A DNA stretch of 63,470 bases, filler included, from Choristocarpus tenellus KU-1152 (Eukaryota; Protista; Phaeophyceae), in assembly GCA_964200185.2 (NCBI GenBank). It is 12 parts of 12 records of this genome, joined end to end, with 100 filler letters (N's around TTAATTAATTAA, not from the genome) between each part and the next. Parts side by side here need not be neighbours in the genome. Positions count along the whole stretch, not along the records: positions 49,770 to 52,346 come from CAXNAD020026612.1; positions 52,447 to 55,928 come from CAXNAD020019736.1; positions 56,029 to 63,470 come from CAXNAD020006153.1; 9 more parts are not named here. One strand, written 5' to 3'. Position numbers and translations under genes: made by a program. Position 1 is the stretch's first letter; each line of letters opens with the position of its first letter. Positions 51,044 through 63,470 of the stretch are shown one piece after another. The notes below the pieces were generated by a model that did not search any database, was not told the DNA's origin, and saw only the letters and a list, made by a program, of their open reading frames with translations.

Positions 51044-51971
51044 GCGATCAGATTTCAACTCACCTCTGCTGTCTCCTTGAGGGATTGGACGCACAATTTT
51101 GCTGTGCTCACTAGCAATCTCGTCTGGAACGGATCTTGGACTATTCCTATCTCATATATGAAAAAGAGAGCATCCATGACCAGATGAAGGAATATCCCTT
51201 CCGAGAAGTGCATGTGCGAGGAGGAAAAAGGTCCTGCTCTTACGCTGGAGACTGCTTCCATCACACTGGAACTATCACCCTACATATTGTGGGACATTGG
51301 TTTGGGAGCGTTCGTCAAGTGGGAATTGAAGGGGTATCGCCTACTTTTATTTCCACTTGTTGCTTCCTGCGAATAAGATACTCCACTGAATAAGTCCCTT
51401 CTTAATGTTATTGGCCAAGCACCATTGTTTGTTCCTCCAGACACAGAGCTCCAGTTAGGGATTGTGGCATTAAACACATGTAGGGTTAGGGTTAGGTAAA
51501 CTCGCCGTGTAAGAAATGAGGGAGTATCCCCATGCTTGTTGGGACTAATGCTATGGCAGAAAGTCATTTGATGCAAGGGGTTAGTCATAGAAGCCCAGTC
51601 TCAATATGTCCTTCTTGTATATATTCAAGAAAGTTGCTTAGTGATGCCACAAAGCACGGTACTACATTACAAGCAAATATTTTATCAGGAGATGCTTTAC
51701 ATTTTCTCCTGGAGCCAGGGTAAACATAATACAGAGATGAGGTCACACAGTTGGGACCGGAGAGGAAGAAGAGCGTCAGCTGATGGCATCCTAGGATTAA
51801 TAATCGCTCGTCTTTGGCAAGGCAATATGACCCAGTGCACTACAGTATTTGTTTACAGCGTGAGAGTTGCGATAACGTCATGGACAGTTTGAAGGGGTAA
51901 ACAAACTATGGAGGGTGAAGGTAGATAGACTACATCTAGATGTTTTCAGTCACATTGACCCAACGCATTCA

Positions 51972-52280
51972 AGAGGGTAGGTTCGCGTCCTTTAGGGGAC
52001 ATAAATCCAATGTTGCGATTTTGATCAATTTTGGCTATCAGACTAAAAGTATCTTAGAGGGTATGAGTTTTTCTCTGTTTATCTTTTTGGGGCTTGGCTT
52101 CCCACGGGTTTCATTTAATGGCTCATAGTATCTGGGGGGTGGTGGTAGCTGTCCATTTGGGGTCAATTTCTTCATGTCGCAATTTTTGGGTGATTTGGTT
52201 GCATACGTCGGATAGATAATGCAAATGCACTTTTCCTAATTTTGGTTCAAATAGACACCCTGGTGTAGACCCCTCTCCCC
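51972..52280. mobile_element. Composite of two MITE A end fragments and a MITE B (52120-~52280)
   Basis: AGAGGGTAGGTTCGCGTCC..., AAAGTATCTTAGAGGGTATGAG... and GGCTCATAGTATCTGGGGGG... occur in succession. Confidence 0.75.
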
Positions 52281-52639
52281 CCCCCCCCCCCCCCCCCCCC
52301 ACACTACCACCACACATCTCCCAATCAATTACTCTTAACTTCAAGANNNNNNNNNNNNNNNNNNNNNNNNNNNNNNNNNNNNNNNNNNNNTTAATTAATT
52401 AANNNNNNNNNNNNNNNNNNNNNNNNNNNNNNNNNNNNNNNNNNNNGCAAAAAAAAACCTTTCAGTACTTTTTTAAGACCGTTTTCGCAAAATAACCATC
52501 CTCATAGTCCCTCTCCATCCTCAATTTTGCGAATCCACTGTTATATCTGTTTGATGGATGGATCTGTGCGATTACCGTTGATAATGATATGGACCTCTTT
52601 GTTGTGAGCCACCCACCAATCATCCCACTACTCCAAATC

Positions 52640-52924
52640 TGTTATCTGTTTTCGTCTTTTTATTGATGCATTTGTTGGAGAAAAGGAAAGAACATAGGTA
52701 TTAAGGCAAAGGGTTACCTGGTATAGTACTATTTTTTATTTTGATTGCCTTTCCCTCCACCACTTGAGGTGGTTGCTGCAAGCTCCACTGTCCTTATCAA
52801 TTATTTCAACCTCTCGTGCAATCTTGAAGGCATCAACCTCTACATGTGCTGCTTCCTTCTTGTGCTCCCTGGCTGTGTGTTTCAATACCTCACCAAGAAG
52901 AGGAGCTGAACTCCCGCCATACAT
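52640..52924 (-). mobile_element. hAT transposase C-terminal dimerisation-domain remnant
   Basis: VEVDAF...NHLKWWRERQSK, followed in another frame by MFFSFSPTNASIKR, resembles the hAT WW...P.TSASSER signature. Confidence 0.5.
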
Positions 52925-53095
52925 TTGGAAGGGAAGCCCTTACAAAATCCCTTGTGTCATTCGCAGGAGGGTTGCCCCCACTCGAGATGGACAAGGACAT
53001 GAACTTGGGCTTGGTTCCACTACTGGGTTTTTCTCTGTCTCCTGTGCTCTGTTCTCCTCCACAACCCTACAATTTCCAACTCCACTTCCCTCCAT

Positions 53096-53350
53096 GAGTG
53101 AAAGTATCTTAGAGGAGGGTACGAGGTTGCCTTGTTTGTCCATTTGGGGCTTGACTTCTCATGAGGTTTTTTATGACATTTTCCTACTCGAAAATGTTTG
53201 AGTAGTAGGAAAAATGTGTACGTTATGAAAAGGTGTGTCCGGAGCAAGGGTATTGACACTTCCTAACAAACAAGATAGTCAAAATTACGTCAAAATTGCA
53301 ACATTGGATTTTGACCCCAAACGGACGCGGCTCTACCCTCTAATTGGCTC
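53096..53350. mobile_element. MITE family A (reverse orientation)
   Basis: GAGTGAAAGTATCTTAGAGG...TACCCTCTAATTGGCTC. Confidence 0.85.
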
Positions 53351-53675
53351 CATATGTCTTCATCGTGCTCACCCTCTGGAATCCCGTAAGTATTTTGGTC
53401 GCAGGGTCCAGATAATAAGTAGCTAAGACCTGCTTCCACTCTGGGCTGCCTGTTCTCACCCTCAGAGAGTGCTATGCAATAGTCCTCCCTATACCCAAAG
53501 GAGTTCAGAGAATTGCGTCAAGTAGATAACATTATGCTTGCACACTGGCATATATATTTTTCCTTTCAACCTATTCAGGGGTGGTGACTTTGAAGGCACT
53601 GCAGCCTTGCACTGCTTTCTCCATCTCCAATCATGAAGATAACGGGCACTATTAGACACACTGTCCACAATGTGT

Positions 53676-53948
53676 GGCTCAAAATATCTGGGGGGGGTAG
53701 TGGCTGTCCATTTGGGGACAACTTTTTCATGTCGCGATTTTTGGGTGATTTGGTTGCATATGTCGGATAGATAATGTAAGTGCGCTTTCCCTGGTTGCGG
53801 CTGTCCATTTGGGATCAATTTTGTGATGTCGCGATTTTTGGGTGATTTGGTCGGACGGATAATGTAAATGCACTTTTCCTGATTTTGGTCCAAATGGACA
53901 CCCTGGTATAGACCCCCCACCACCAACCACCACCAGATACTTAGGGTC
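53676..53948. mobile_element. MITE family B with an internal ~95-bp duplication
   Basis: GGCTGTCCATTTGGG...TGTCGCGATTTTTGGGTGATTTGGT...TTTCC occurs twice between a single pair of TIRs. Confidence 0.85.
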
Positions 53949-54509
53949 TGATCACATTCAGGAGTCTTCTGTGACTGCCATGATAGATAGGTACAAATAA
54001 CAATTATATTATTATTAGACCCATCACCAGATCATAGCAAAAGAACAAATCAGAAGGAGGTGGGATGGGAGATTGGAAAGAAAGGTTCTAAGGTTAGAGA
54101 GGAATAAAACAGAGAAGCAATTCAAAGTGGAGAATGATACAAGATAATCGGTGACCTTGACACAACTAAAAAGTGGAGGAAGAGGGAACAGGGTTGTGTG
54201 AGGGATGTCAATGTATGACATGAGAGACATCTATAGCTTAAGTACTTGTCAACAAGGTTTGACGGCTGACAGTTAACCTCTACACTTCATTCAGCCTAGA
54301 AGCACTTCCAATTTCAGTTTTACATTTCTGTTCCAGGTACTTACCTCCAAGTCAAATTTCGACCAACGTTCTGGGTAACCATTGATGTCCTCGTGAAGAA
54401 CGATGACAGGTTTGAGGTATAGGAAGTTGTCTAATAAGAAAAAAAAGTGAACCAACAACGGGTCGGTACACATCCTGCATCACTTTATTCGGCTCAACCC
54501 TCAACATCA

Positions 54510-55140
54510 CGCACATACCCTCCCAGGTATGTGCTCCGTAAGTAAACTGAAAAACGTGTTAACGAATGTAAGTCTGTTCATCTTTGCAAACGCCAACAGG
54601 CGTTCGCCATTGATATTCAAGAAATCACGACCATATACCCCAAGTACCCTAGGAGGACCTGCCGCCACCCCCGCCCCCCTTGCTTCTCTTATAGTGTGGG
54701 CATTCAAGTCCATCAGAAAAAAATCGTCCGTGGCAGGGGTCTGTTGGACCACAGTGTGCATTATCTCCCACAAAGTTTCCTTGACTTACCTCAAAGACTT
54801 TTCTGGTGTCGCATATCCCATAACATTAGGCAAACCCAGTTGAACTGTCTGTCATCAGTAAGCCGACCTTTATCCGCACACGAGAGTACTCTACTTCAAG
54901 GGCAACCTGTTTTAGCATTGACCCCTTCACACTTCCGAACAAACTCCATATCTATTTCTGTTGTCTGTCAACCACTGCAACAGAACCAGTATACCGGCCC
55001 AGTTCAACGCCAGAAATTCCACCTTGTCTTTCGAGTCGATCACACCGCATCCACAAGCCCAAGTTCGTTTGTCAACACGGCCACATGGGTGGCCCTGTTC
55101 TTACCATTAAAGGTCATGGCTCATACATTGTAAGTAGGTC
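54510..55140 (-). mobile_element. RTE-like LINE, APE endonuclease remnant
   Basis: TYNV at the start, then FFLMDLNAHT...VLGVYGRDFLNINGERLLAFAKMNRLTFVNTFF, matching the RTE APE pattern DxNA...G.yG...NGERLL...NTFF. Stops are present. Confidence 0.8.
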
Positions 55141-57136
55141 AAGTGCACAGGGGAGCCCCCCTGGTAAGGTGAGTGTTGGCAGGGGAAAAAATAAAATGAT
55201 TGAAAAGTGGACGAAGAGTTGAGGATTAGGTAGCTAGCAGGCAGAAGGGGTAGGAGAGAAGTTTAAGAAATGAGGGGTAGGTGGAGGCACGAAATAGGAA
55301 GGGACGAGGCAGAACTAAAGGCAAAGTTAAGGGTGATGGTGCAGGACAAGCAGGGCAAGATCAAGGCAATAACCTCCGAGCAATCTTTCCCACCCCCACC
55401 CTCTTCCAATTGCTAGCGTTCGAGTGAGGTGATGAGGAAGGGGGGGAGAGGTCAAGTTCAGGCGGGGTGAATGTCTTCTAGTTCTAAAGGCACGGTATTG
55501 AAGTGGATTATGGAGGGATGTTGGATAAATGAGGATTGTTGTAGAGTGGTGTTCTTGGATAAATGTGGAGTGTTCTGGAGTGGCGTTGAGTGGTGTTCTT
55601 GGACAAATTTTGAATTGTGTTGAATGGTGTGGTGGAGAATAGTGTGGTGTAGTGGAAAGTAGGAGGTGGATAGTTTGTGGAGGAAGGTGGATGGATTTGC
55701 GGAAATTGGCCGCATTGGTTGGTGACTGGAAATCAGTGGCGAAGATTGGTTGCACTGTTTGGTCACCAGTGGTGTTGCAATGGTGGAGGAGTAGAATGGA
55801 TGGAATGCCAAGGCAAGGCTAAACAGTAATATAGAATTCGTGAGCAAAGCAAAGCGTAGGTGAGCCAAAGTATCTTAGAGGGTAGATCCGCGTCCATTTG
55901 GGGGTCAAAATACAATGTTGTGATTTTGNNNNNNNNNNNNNNNNNNNNNNNNNNNNNNNNNNNNNNNNNNNNTTAATTAATTAANNNNNNNNNNNNNNNN
56001 NNNNNNNNNNNNNNNNNNNNNNNNNNNNGGTGTAGCCCCCCCCCCCTCCCCCAGATACTTTGGGTCCCAAGAGCATAGGGAGGGCACAGTAGTGTGTGTT
56101 TCCATATCTCCTACAACCTTTTCATAGCATTTCCTGTGTGTGCCTGATAGCGTGCTTGCTTACATGACTGCCTTCTAACCGCTAAAATAATGGAAGAAAG
56201 GAGCAGATTCGGTTTGACTGACTCAAGCGCCTAGAGTAGGAGTGCTGTGTCATACGCTCATGCCGTTGTGAAAGGCGGATTGACAGAACTCCTGGTTCTC
56301 TTCTAAAGAGCTAAGGAGCGGACTGTAATAGTCATTTCCTGTGTGATAAAAAAGGTGAACAAGGGCGAACCAAACATGCCTGTTGGTGGGAGCAGAGAGC
56401 TCCAAGGTACAATGGGCTCTCTTCTCCAAGGAGAAAAATGAGTTCTCCATCTAGTCAACCAGTGTTTACTATGGAGGAGGACGAGAGCAAGACTCTCCCT
56501 GCCATATAGAGGAATTTGCCATGCACATTCTCCAGTGATGACTACTACCTGTTGCCCTCACTTGTTAAGTACGATTAGTCCTTGTATTGATTTCAAAGTT
56601 GTAAAATACTTGAGAATAGGACTGTACCTTTTATGGTGTAGAGGGCATACCCCGGAAAAGAATTTGCGCAGCAGGATCAACTACAGTATTACCCTACACG
56701 CCATTGAGAGTAGACTCTCTGTTAAGACCTCTTTGGTTTTGTGGATATAACTTGCCATGTGGACACCATATCATAATCCATCGTTTGGAGGCGAGGATAC
56801 CCTACTTAAACGCCTCAACAGGTGAGACTGCTAAGCTTTAAGCCTAGGTGCATACACCTTTCTCATTTCGTTCTGTTGAACACTCTGAAACATCCTTTGC
56901 ATGCAGCATCATTAACCAGTCAGAAGGTGCAGAAAATATCATTGTTGGGAATTGACTGTAAACAGAGAACAAGATGGGCACAAGTAAATGCTGGTTGCAT
57001 GGACTCACCGCACAAAATCAAAGAGGGTTGCGTGTGATGCATTGGAGATAGTGAAATGTGGAGATTGGATTAAATCTTGCCTATTGAACAACTCGTATGT
57101 TCCCTCAACCACAGAACATATCAGTATAAACCTATT

Positions 57137-57392
57137 GAGCCAAAGTATCTTAGAGGGTAGAGCCGCGTCCGTTTGGGGGCCAAAACCCAATGTTGCAATT
57201 TTGATGAAATTTTGGCTACCATGTTGTTAGGAAGTGTCAATATCCTTGTTCCGGACACACCTTTTCATATAATATACATTTCACCTGCTCCAATACATTT
57301 CAGAGTAGATAAAATGTCATAAAAACCATGGTAAACCAAGCCTCAAACGGACAAACAGGCCAAAACTCGTACCCTCTAAGATACTTTCACTC
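57137..57392. mobile_element. MITE family A (another copy truncated at 55862-55928)
   Basis: GAGCCAAAGTATCTTAGAGGGTA...TACCCTCTAAGATACTTTCACTC. Confidence 0.9.
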
Positions 57393-58075
57393 ACAGACCT
57401 TGATAATTCCACTTGTGTTGTTGCAGACACAATCTATAGATGGCACACCTTCACAGTCTCCTTCCTGCTAGACCTTGCCCTCATACTCACATACAGCAAC
57501 ATGAAGTCATTTTAAGTTCTTGAGGTAGGCAGGAACAGTCAACCCCTCTACAGCAAAGAAGAGCATTTGATAAAAGAAATTCAGTGGTGTCACGCAAACA
57601 GCATATCTTGACAATACATAGTGTATAGATAGAGAAAGGATTGCTGCAACTCGGACCAATGACACATCCATATACATGAAGTATGTTGCTTCCCCCAATC
57701 TCATATGAAACATACAATTGGATATCACTTGAATTGATATCTAGAACATACAGAAGGAAGATGGTACCACCTCTCCTTAATTCAAATGATACAAATGGAC
57801 AGTGGTGGTTTTACTGCACCAACATTATGAAAAACAAAAAACCCCTTCCCGTTCATGAGACATACGACATAAGTGAACATTGTGCCCATTAAATCAAACA
57901 AGTCAAAAGATAGTTGCCCACCTTCAGACATAGTACCACCAGGACACGAAGACATTTTAAGATTCAAAGAAGTGCACAATCTGATATGATACTTCCCAGA
58001 ACTCATCTCGTACTCCTGTTTTTTCTTTGGGGTATTACTGTCATCACCATAACCTTTACAAACATATTCCATCAT

Positions 58076-61000
58076 CTATGACCCTACTCTATCTCTGCTT
58101 GAGACCTGCGGCATATCTGGTTCGATGTGGAGGTCAGCTACTGCTGGGAATCCGTCAGCATACAGACGCTGCGAAAACTCTCTGTGCACTTGGTAGCTCT
58201 TGGAGGTCACGCCCCGACCAGAGGCAAAAAACACAAAGTCAAGCCCAGACTTGTCTTCTTCTCTTGCCATAATTCCATCCCTATCCCATTTGCCTCCCTT
58301 TCTTTCCTTTGATCTTGGCACCATATCAACCAGCTTCGTATCAATAGGTGTGATTCCTGCAGCTACATGACCAAGACCATCCAGATCCTGAATCCCAATA
58401 TTTCTGTCTTCGTGGAGGATCAAAGAGTTTGCCTCACCAGCAAAGGGCGCGGTGTATCCATCTTGATACATCACATCATGACCCACCCTCTTGCTGTTGC
58501 TGCGGCCTTTACACTCACTGTCATTGTGCCCCCTATCACTGTTACAATCTCTGTCCACGAAAGGCCTGGTCCATGTGTAGGTTGAGAGGACTGAGTGACG
58601 GCAATGACCACCCTCACACCGGCGCACTCTCGCCTCCCCCCCCCCCCCCCCCCCACTACCCTTCCCTGCCTTATGACCACTATTACTGCTTGCAGTAGCA
58701 GCTTCTGTGTGTGGTATTTTTTCCAAACGAGTTGCACTAGCGGTATCAGTTGGTGCCTTGATTGCGCTCACCAAAGCCCTGGAAGTTACAGTTCTTGCTG
58801 TTGTTGTGCTTGCATAGTTGGTATAGATTGTGGGAGCAGTGGTATCGCAGGAGGTGTTATGGAGCTGACAGTCCCAGTTAATGTGTGTTCTGTTGTTACC
58901 ACCTGCCGTGAGGGGTAAGGAAGTTTTTAACAGGGTAATAGTTGCTGTTTGGGAGATAGGGGCATCAGGGACAGTATCTGCGGCATCTGTCATCCCTCCT
59001 TCCTTCACAGTGCGTTGGTACCCAGGACTCCCATATATGAAGTTAAAGTCCCCAGTCAAAACAAGAGGAGCAAACCGATGAAAATCAGTTTTCATCATGT
59101 TGTCCTCAATGTCTCCTTTCTCCATTTGGCCTTCAATCCCATTTTTGCTGCTGTAACTATCATTGCCACAGCCGGTGCACCTACCCTCACTGCCATTACC
59201 ACCACCCTTCAGGAGGTTTGAAGTCGTTACTTCACCTCCTCTTTCCCTCATTCCTGCTCTTCGCAAGCCTTGCCAGTGGGCATAAGAATACTCATGACCT
59301 GCTGTACCATGCACACTAGCCATCTCATTGTCCTGTTGAATGCCAGCACTATTTATGCCGTCTAGGTCGTCCAGAAGGGTCAATAGGGCAGCCACCTACG
59401 ATGAAACAGAGATAATGAAGCAAGGTATATCCTCATCCCTTTGTGTTCAATTTAGTGGTTGCATGCAAAGTGCATGGATTTGCAAGTCAAATCAGCAACA
59501 AAATCTGCTAGATTATGAAACCTTCACATACACAGGGGTAGAACATGGGTTACTACTATTTCATGAAACCTATGTTCCCAACAATCACCTTTCACACCAG
59601 TAGCAAGACCTGTTACTGGACCTGAATAGAAAAGAGCTTTGAAGCTATCTGCTACGCGATAGAGACGCCAACGAGGGATAACACAACCTTGAAACAAACC
59701 TACGCGAGGGGAAGCAAAGACACTTTGTGGTACCACTCTCAGTCACTTCCAACATTATTTCAGCCCAACATGTTCCAATACACATTCCTCATATAGCTAG
59801 GCAGTCCGATCAATTCTCCCTGTAGATCATTCTGCCACACCATACGACTGTACTCTTGTTATTGGCATCCTAGGTATTGGTTTCAAGCACCTAAAAACTT
59901 GAACCGTTACCATCCAAAAATCCAAAATCCTCAAAAAAACGCATATTTGGTACAATATAAATTCAAAGTATCCAAAGCTTCCGATACTTTAACAGCCCAG
60001 AGCACTAACTAAAACATTCTCTGTAAAAAAAGCACAGCCTAACCTCATCGTGGACCACTATCTACTACAGCACGTCAAACATAACAACACAACCCACAAT
60101 TAGGAAAAAATGAAAATAGATCATTTATCTTGTGATCAAATAATTCTTGGTCTGTAAGAAATAGCACAAAAAATGCATACTTTGCGCTACAGTGAACAAA
60201 GAAAGGGACTAGGGTAAGGATTAGGGTCAGGGCAAGATCCCAAAGGTTAAAATATACAAATCTTAGCATACTTTTGCTAAATCACACTATGTCAAACATA
60301 ATTTATGAACAGTACATTCGATCGGGTAGTTGACAGGATAGTATATGAGATAATGGAAGGGGGAATCACTGGCAGTAGTATGATATAATTCAAAGTTTGG
60401 TATAAAGTACATTCAAAGCACCATCAACAACCCTAACCTTAACCCTAACTCTCGTACCATTCCGACAACACTCTCCACACTGCTGATTTGTGTGTTTCCA
60501 TTAGAGTTGAGCAGGACCAAGGAAATGCTTCCTACTGGACAAAACTCAATCTCACATATTAGCAATGTCATGACTCCACCGGCAAACCCTCAAAGATACC
60601 TACAAAAAAAAAGGAATCCGGCAGTGTATGAAAAAAAGGGGGTGGGGGCGTGGAGGTGTGTGTGATGCGGGCGCTGAGTTTATCGCAGGATGATAAAAGT
60701 TCACTTTTGAAATATCATTACCTTTAAAAGCCATAGAAAAAGGACTGAATAGATGTAAGACTCTGAAGCAGAGAGTGCCAACGCCACCCATCACTTCTTC
60801 AAAGTATACTGAAGCATGTAGTTTGTACATTACCTGTTGGTCATTGTCTGGGGTGTTGGAGTTTCCAAGGTGTACATTCACGACTTTCAACACTCCCAGT
60901 CCCGACCCTAAGTCCAGTTCTGCATGAACTTCGCAGGCATTCTCCCCTATCCTAGAAGGGAGTTTGCGCCAACCCCAGCTAGAAAATTAAAAATAGTTTC

Positions 61001-63428
61001 AAAGAAGTTTAAGGAGGATGTCAGAACCAGAACCAGGAAGGACCACGGTAGAGTGTCTTGAAGAGATTCATATCTCGAGGCCTGACTTTTCAGGTTTTAT
61101 AATGTGAGTTAAGGCTGTAATCTGTTACAACTCATGCTGTGCCTCTATGCCTCGGTGCTGGACAGACTTCAGCCAGTTCTTATTCAGTGGGAAATCAATA
61201 CATGTAGAACTGTTGAAGGGGATATTTCCAGCCTGTTGCAATGGTTAGCACTCACACACTCTTCAGGTACTAGCTCAACACATCCTGTTGCTACACCATC
61301 CAATGAACCAAATATGCCTGATTCATACATAACGCAACAAACCATCAACAAACACGCATGTCAATGTCTCAGATCGTCTACCACTTCGGGATCACAGCTC
61401 TTTTCATTTCTCCTGGCTGCTCCTCTTAAGTGGGGTATAACAGCGCATTGAGTGTGACAAGAGTTGTGGCATTTGATCTCATCCAACAGTGCCAACTTCA
61501 GACACATCTACGGCAAGGCCCCGGTCTACTCTTACATGTTTTTGTTTTTGGACATAAAAGCGCAATAATTTGAAGGATTTTGGAGGTGAATCTCTAGGCC
61601 AAAAAAAGGTAAAAGCGGATTTCACATTGATCTAAATCAGCGCTTACTTCCATGTTCCTCTAACATCAATCATACCCAAGTGGTACGCCACTTCACCCTT
61701 ACATTCAATTTCAGACTTAAACCTACTTCACTACACACACAAGGGTACCCTCTACATGATCTGTATACACAATAACATGATACTAGGTGATGTAAAGACC
61801 CTTCTCACTCTTCTTTCTCGCTACCTATATACGTCCTACACTACACTACCTGAGTGTCACATGCACTGCACTGCCCCTCCTCTGGTACCACCCACCTATG
61901 TAGTGTGATCACTTCTCAGACTAAAAATAAGATAAATAAAAAGTCAAGTTAAAATGGGCAATCGCAACAATTTGAAAACTGGCTATATCCAAGATCACGT
62001 TTCAAAAAAAAATGATTGAAGATTCTGGTCTGACCCACACCAACACGTTGATACCAACTACTCTTGTCACAAGGCAACCATCACTCTACAGTGATATTTA
62101 TACCATCTATTACTAATACAACTTATTGTGGAGACAGCACTACCAACATTTTTTTGTTGTGTATACCTGACCACAGGGAGTCGAGAGAGGATGGCACATC
62201 CCCAGGTGTCGAGGGGGGCTGGTGGTCCCCCAATGACCTGCATTCCCGCTGCCCTAGCAATAGGGTCAATGTAATACCTGTTCCCAAGCAGTAGTCTCAT
62301 CAAACCTGTCTCCTTTGGAGATAGGGTTACAATATATATTATGTATATATGTCAGGTATTGCAAGAGTTATGTATCCATTGGTACTGATATTGATAGACG
62401 TGTCATTGTCAGGGTTAGGGCAAGAGGTTTTCATGAAAGGAAAAAAATCATGTTCAAGGAGTTACAGTAGAGGGTTAGAGTTGGAGTTTGATGTTTGCAT
62501 CAAATCCCTAAACCTAAGATTGTTGAGGTTAGGGAGATCAAAAAGCAGATATACAGATCTGTGATATAGTACTACATAGGAAGTTGGGGCTAGGGATAGG
62601 GAGACCAAAAGGCAGGTCTATAACTAGTACTATAGAACTACGTAAGGTGTTAGGGTTAGGGCTAGGGTTGGAGATTAGTGCCCTAATCCTACGATGCAAA
62701 AGTTAGGGAGACCAAATGATAGGTTTATTGACAATATTATAGTACTATAAAAGGAGTTGGGGGTAGGGTTAGGGTTAGGGAGAGCAAAAGTCATGCTAAT
62801 TTCTAGTATTATAGAGCTATATTAGGAGTTAGGGTTAGGGTTATGACTGTTGGTCAGTAGGTTTAGGAAGACAAATGGTTAACTAGCCGCTAGGGAAAGT
62901 ATGAGGGCAAGGGGATGGTTTTTTTGTTGTAGAGTAAGGGAGGGGGTATACATTTTAGTATATTGTAGAGTGTAAAGTGACAGTGTTTGTTAGTATATGT
63001 GTGTGTGTGTGAAGACATGTCAGTGAATGATAGATCTGCAAAAAATGTTGAGCAAGCAAAGCAATCAATATTCATTGTGTTGTATGAACAGCAACATGGG
63101 TTGGGATGAATACATTAATGTTTCATACTTAACAATAATAAATAAAAAAAGAGGTAGGAGAAGACAAAAATCTTCCTGTAGAGGTTACCATCTTCATACT
63201 ACTAGGAGCACATACATATGCTTAGCATATATATATATATATATATAAACTAACATAGAAAATTGTTTGAGTTCATAATCACAACTACCAGAGTAGTTCG
63301 GCGGTATGTACCTGGAGGGCAGCAATGTCTGGGGACAGGGACCGCAAGAGTTGCACCACCATATGGGCGTTATCCTCCCCCCTTCGGTCGTATCCCATGT
63401 ACACATTGAAGTGCACTACACGCAGGTC
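58076..63428 (-). CDS. Cwh43/PGAP2-interacting-protein-like EEP (endonuclease/exonuclease/phosphatase) domain protein, 5' partial; exons 63428-63312, 62312-62167, 60978-60834, 59395-58076
   Basis: The spliced protein reads LRVVHFNVYMGYD...PDIAALQETGLMRLLLGNRYYIDPIARAAGMQVIGGPPAPLDTWGCAILSRLPVVSWGWRKLPSRIGENAC...VVNVHLGN...PLVLTGDFN...LDFVFF...YADGFPAVADL. The GNR...GP...TWG.A.LS+.P+V...LPS..GE block is characteristic of the Cwh43 C-terminal domain. All introns are GT-AG and in phase. Confidence 0.85.
62400..62845. repeat. Intronic minisatellite of ~60-70-bp units separated by (TTAGGG)1-3 tracts
   Basis: Recurrent TAGGGAGA(C/T)CAAAAG...TATAGTACTA(C/T)A...GGA(A)GTT(AGGGTT)n, at least 4 units. 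Confidence 0.75.
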
Positions 63429-63470
63429 CTGTTTAGAAATAAAAATTCGTGATGAAAGAAAGTCAATGAG

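Noticed and set aside
8282-56028. Eleven regularly recurring TTAATTAATTAA motifs as a biological repeat or array
   Set aside because: Each is centred in an identical N44/N44 pad, so it is an artificial six-frame-stop contig linker.
62400-62845. CRISPR-like repeat-spacer array
   Set aside because: The units are degenerate along their whole length, the 'spacers' are telomeric or related to each other, there are no cas genes, and the context is a eukaryotic intron.
2824-63428. A glycosylation/GPI gene cluster (GPI-anchored protein + GT7 + Cwh43-like)
   Set aside because: The genes lie on different concatenated contigs, so their co-occurrence gives no evidence of linkage.

Overview
This is eukaryotic, intron-rich and TE-rich DNA. 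It is most consistent with a brown alga (Phaeophyceae, stramenopile), inferred from Cys-rich CCxxxCGxCGGxGC repeats, scattered CCCTAA tracts and the TE repertoire. The window is not one locus: it is 12 contigs concatenated with 11 artificial 100-bp linkers (N44-TTAATTAATTAA-N44), so gene neighbourhoods across linkers mean nothing. Genes I could splice by hand: (1) a complete 7-exon, 397-aa secreted protein with four 10-Cys repeats, an S/T/P stalk and a GPI-type tail; (2) a partial AT-hook + bromodomain CBP/p300-like gene; (3) a partial WW-domain + GT7 beta-1,4-galactosyltransferase with an NLS-like motif and no visible membrane anchor; (4) a partial Cwh43/PGAP2IP-like EEP-domain gene; (5) weaker partial ankyrin-like, coiled-coil and multi-pass membrane genes. 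Mobile DNA includes a decayed CRE-clade non-LTR retrotransposon preceded by two tandem RING-like fingers (with a nested MITE and a solo LTR), about 20 copies of two Sola2-like MITE families with 4-bp TSDs, and remnants of gypsy integrase, DD39D-type mariner, hAT and RTE elements. The best candidates for something new are the apparently nucleocytoplasmic WW-GT7, the RING-RING CRE element, and evidence for de novo insertion of telomeric repeats. All family assignments come from motif recognition, not database searches.
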